DNA of 63,800 nt, filler included, from Lama guanicoe (lineage: Eukaryota): NCBI GenBank assembly GCA_013239625.1. It is 213 parts of 213 records of this genome, joined end to end, with 100 filler letters (N's around TTAATTAATTAA, not from the genome) between each part and the next. Parts side by side here need not be neighbours in the genome. Positions count along the whole stretch, not along the records: positions 61,201 to 61,400 come from PNXV01030147.1; positions 61,501 to 61,700 come from PNXV01030148.1; positions 61,801 to 62,000 come from PNXV01030149.1; positions 62,101 to 62,300 come from PNXV01030150.1; positions 62,401 to 62,600 come from PNXV01030151.1; positions 62,701 to 62,900 come from PNXV01030152.1; positions 63,001 to 63,200 come from PNXV01030153.1; positions 63,301 to 63,500 come from PNXV01030154.1; 205 more parts are not named here. One strand, given 5' to 3'. The notes under the pieces are model-generated. The model worked only from the letters and a program-made list of their open reading frames with translations. It was not told the DNA's origin and did no database searches. The first letter of the stretch is position 1. Each line of letters starts with the position of its first letter. This document shows positions 61,101 to 63,800 of the stretch, in pieces. A program made the position numbers and the translations under genes.

Positions 61101-63629
61101 NNNNNNNNNNNNNNNNNNNNNNNNNNNNNNNNNNNNNNNNNNNNTTAATTAATTAANNNNNNNNNNNNNNNNNNNNNNNNNNNNNNNNNNNNNNNNNNNN
61201 CCTGGGGTAGAAATCACAGTCCTTCGGTGTGGTCAGTGCCATGTGGGGTCGATGAGGTGCATCCTGGGAGCGTGGGGAGAGATGCCAGCAGATGCGTGCA
61301 CAAGGAAATTGTTTTTCATGAATTTTCTTTCTCTGCCAGGAGGCCCCTCAACAGGGCAACAGTGTCATTGCTGACCCTGTGGTCTGAGCTGATGAAGCTC
61401 NNNNNNNNNNNNNNNNNNNNNNNNNNNNNNNNNNNNNNNNNNNNTTAATTAATTAANNNNNNNNNNNNNNNNNNNNNNNNNNNNNNNNNNNNNNNNNNNN
61501 ATATTGACCAGGAAGGCAGAGAAGTTCTTGCCACCCACAAAACAGGAACACTATATGTTGACTTCACGTGGGTTCCCATACACTGCTGTATGGGACTTGC
61601 CTAGTGCGAACCAGGAGGAAGACGGAGCAGAAGGAGTTTCTCCTTATTTTCAATTTTTACACAATTTTTACAGATTACACTCCATTTAGTTATTACAAAA
61701 NNNNNNNNNNNNNNNNNNNNNNNNNNNNNNNNNNNNNNNNNNNNTTAATTAATTAANNNNNNNNNNNNNNNNNNNNNNNNNNNNNNNNNNNNNNNNNNNN
61801 TATGACTACAAAAATATTTCCAAATCATAGAAAAAATATTTGAAAGGCAGTGAGACAGACCATGAAGTTTTGCTGGAATCAAAATACTAAAATTCTAGTT
61901 CCACTTTTCTCGCGCACCTTCTGGCAGCCATGACGCACTGGGAAGAGCCTCGTTTGTGGTGCTGGCTTGAGTCTCTTCATGTTGTTAATGAGACATTTGA
62001 NNNNNNNNNNNNNNNNNNNNNNNNNNNNNNNNNNNNNNNNNNNNTTAATTAATTAANNNNNNNNNNNNNNNNNNNNNNNNNNNNNNNNNNNNNNNNNNNN
62101 CGTAGAGCTTCATGAAAAAGGAGATTAGGATGAAGCAAGCATCAAAGCCCCCAAAGGGTTTGAGCTTAGTCCAATCCATTCTGGTTATACTTTGGGGAGA
62201 GGAGAATCCAACATGCCTACCGTACATACTCTGTTCATGGAATTCCCAGTGTGTTCATCCCAAGCTTAAGTTCTTGTGTGACTGCAGCATGATGAGAGGC
62301 NNNNNNNNNNNNNNNNNNNNNNNNNNNNNNNNNNNNNNNNNNNNTTAATTAATTAANNNNNNNNNNNNNNNNNNNNNNNNNNNNNNNNNNNNNNNNNNNN
62401 AAAGGCAGGTGGAGCTGAGCTTCAACCGCAGTAGATACTGAAGTCAGACAGTGAGCAACAAGGGTCCAGAACAAGAGCAGATGGAGGATGATATCAGGTG
62501 GGGTCCCCAGATGCAGGTACCCGTGTTCTCTGCCCAGATCTAGGGCAAAGGAACAGCCAGCGCATGGGAGAGGAGGGCGGGGCTGATGTCTGCAGAGTCC
62601 NNNNNNNNNNNNNNNNNNNNNNNNNNNNNNNNNNNNNNNNNNNNTTAATTAATTAANNNNNNNNNNNNNNNNNNNNNNNNNNNNNNNNNNNNNNNNNNNN
62701 CTCTTAGGGGAGATTTGCAGTTTATCACCCGCAGCAGATCTAACCTTTCGAAAAAGGAGGGAATGGCAGCTGGGGCGGACAGCCTGGTTGCGTCGTCTTG
62801 GCCGAGGCTCCAGTGGTATCCCCAGTGCCAGCTGGACGAACTTGTGCGTGGTGATCGCCCAGGACCCAGAATTAAATGACATGTTATACTTCTGTCTCAA
62901 NNNNNNNNNNNNNNNNNNNNNNNNNNNNNNNNNNNNNNNNNNNNTTAATTAATTAANNNNNNNNNNNNNNNNNNNNNNNNNNNNNNNNNNNNNNNNNNNN
63001 CTCAAGAATACTGTTGCCAACATGCTGACCTTTATGATAATAAATCTCTCTTTTCCAGCTAGGTTCCTTTGTGAGCTCAGTTTTCTTTTAGTGCTGAATG
63101 ATCTTGCTTTTTGTAGAAGACTTGCACAGAAAACCCACTACAACTTCTGCGTAAAATATAAAACCGATCACAAACAGGGCAATTGGTCTAAGTCCTGTAG
63201 NNNNNNNNNNNNNNNNNNNNNNNNNNNNNNNNNNNNNNNNNNNNTTAATTAATTAANNNNNNNNNNNNNNNNNNNNNNNNNNNNNNNNNNNNNNNNNNNN
63301 GCTACCAAATGCATTCACCCTGTATTTGTTAAAACTGTAGAATCAGAGTATCGAATCTGGCTCCAAGAATCAATGATTTTACCCAGTTTCAAATGTTTTC
63401 CTTATCATCCAAAAGATACATGCTTACATGTGTTACAGGTAAACTATAACAGAATCTGAAAAACATCAGTGCCACTTCTCTGCTCCTCCCTTGCTGTTTC
63501 NNNNNNNNNNNNNNNNNNNNNNNNNNNNNNNNNNNNNNNNNNNNTTAATTAATTAANNNNNNNNNNNNNNNNNNNNNNNNNNNNNNNNNNNNNNNNNNNN
63601 TGATTTGAACTCTAATTCGAGCTAACATC

Positions 63630-63800
63630 TCGTCCCCCGTTTACCGGCCACCTCGAGGGTGCGCCGTGCAGCTGGGCCAGGCTGGGGCTTCCCTGCGCCG
63701 CCCAGTCCCCGCCTCTGCCGCCGCTCAGACATTCTTTCTGCGCCTTCTGATTGCGGCCTCAGTGGGCTGCTGGGTGGGGGAGCTGGAAGAATTCTGTTGA
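63630..63800. promoter_or_regulatory. CpG-rich promoter-like fragment
   Basis: High GC, several CpGs, ccccgcc GC-box-like motif. Confidence 0.5.

Larger units (their letters stand above)
1..63800. other. Artificial pseudomolecule of 213 unplaced 200-bp contigs with a 300-bp period
   Basis: Every 200 called bases are followed by the same 100-bp linker; neighbouring fragments are unrelated in composition and content. Confidence 0.99.

Noticed and set aside
61201..61265. Minus-strand acceptor plus frame DAPHRPHMALTTPKDCDFYPR
   Set aside because: Too short and unrecognised to support a call.
11..63252. Many 60-84 aa ORFs ending in X-runs, N or LIN as a small-protein family
   Set aside because: They reach the length threshold by translating Ns and end at the linker stops; many start at GTG/TTG. 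Only a few overlap real coding or L1 sequence.
201..63600. CRISPR-like array (constant palindromic repeat with unique equal-length spacers)
   Set aside because: The repeat is a 12-mer embedded in Ns, the spacers are 200-bp mammalian DNA, and there are no cas genes; it is a synthetic linker.
1..63800. A novel multi-gene system combining NACA, NXF, CD300, ZNF532 and L1 pieces
   Set aside because: The fragments are unlinked contigs placed together by size; co-occurrence is meaningless.

Overview
This window is not contiguous DNA. It is an artificial concatenation of 213 unrelated 200-bp mammalian genomic contigs joined by 212 identical 100-bp linkers (N44-TTAATTAATTAA-N44; the palindrome puts a TAA stop in all six frames); 213x200 + 212x100 = 63800. 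The repeat content (MIR, L2, old L1M, MaLR/ERV LTRs, Tigger/MER2/MER20 DNA transposons) is eutherian. A tRNA-derived SINE and young L1 3' UTRs resembling camelid types suggest alpaca/llama/camel. Recognisable gene pieces are a muscle-specific NACA (skNAC) exon fragment, two spliced exons of an NXF2/3/5-type export factor, a CD300-family IgV exon and a frameshifted ZNF532 pseudogene. Seven near-identical contig pairs all have their first difference at offset 50 and (six of seven) their last at offset 151, the signature of unpopped de Bruijn bubbles with k of about 49-50. Nearly all ORFs in the supplied track are artefacts of reading through Ns. I find no support for a novel multi-gene biological system: adjacency between fragments has no biological meaning. 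Repeat family names are from recalled consensus sequences, not from searches.
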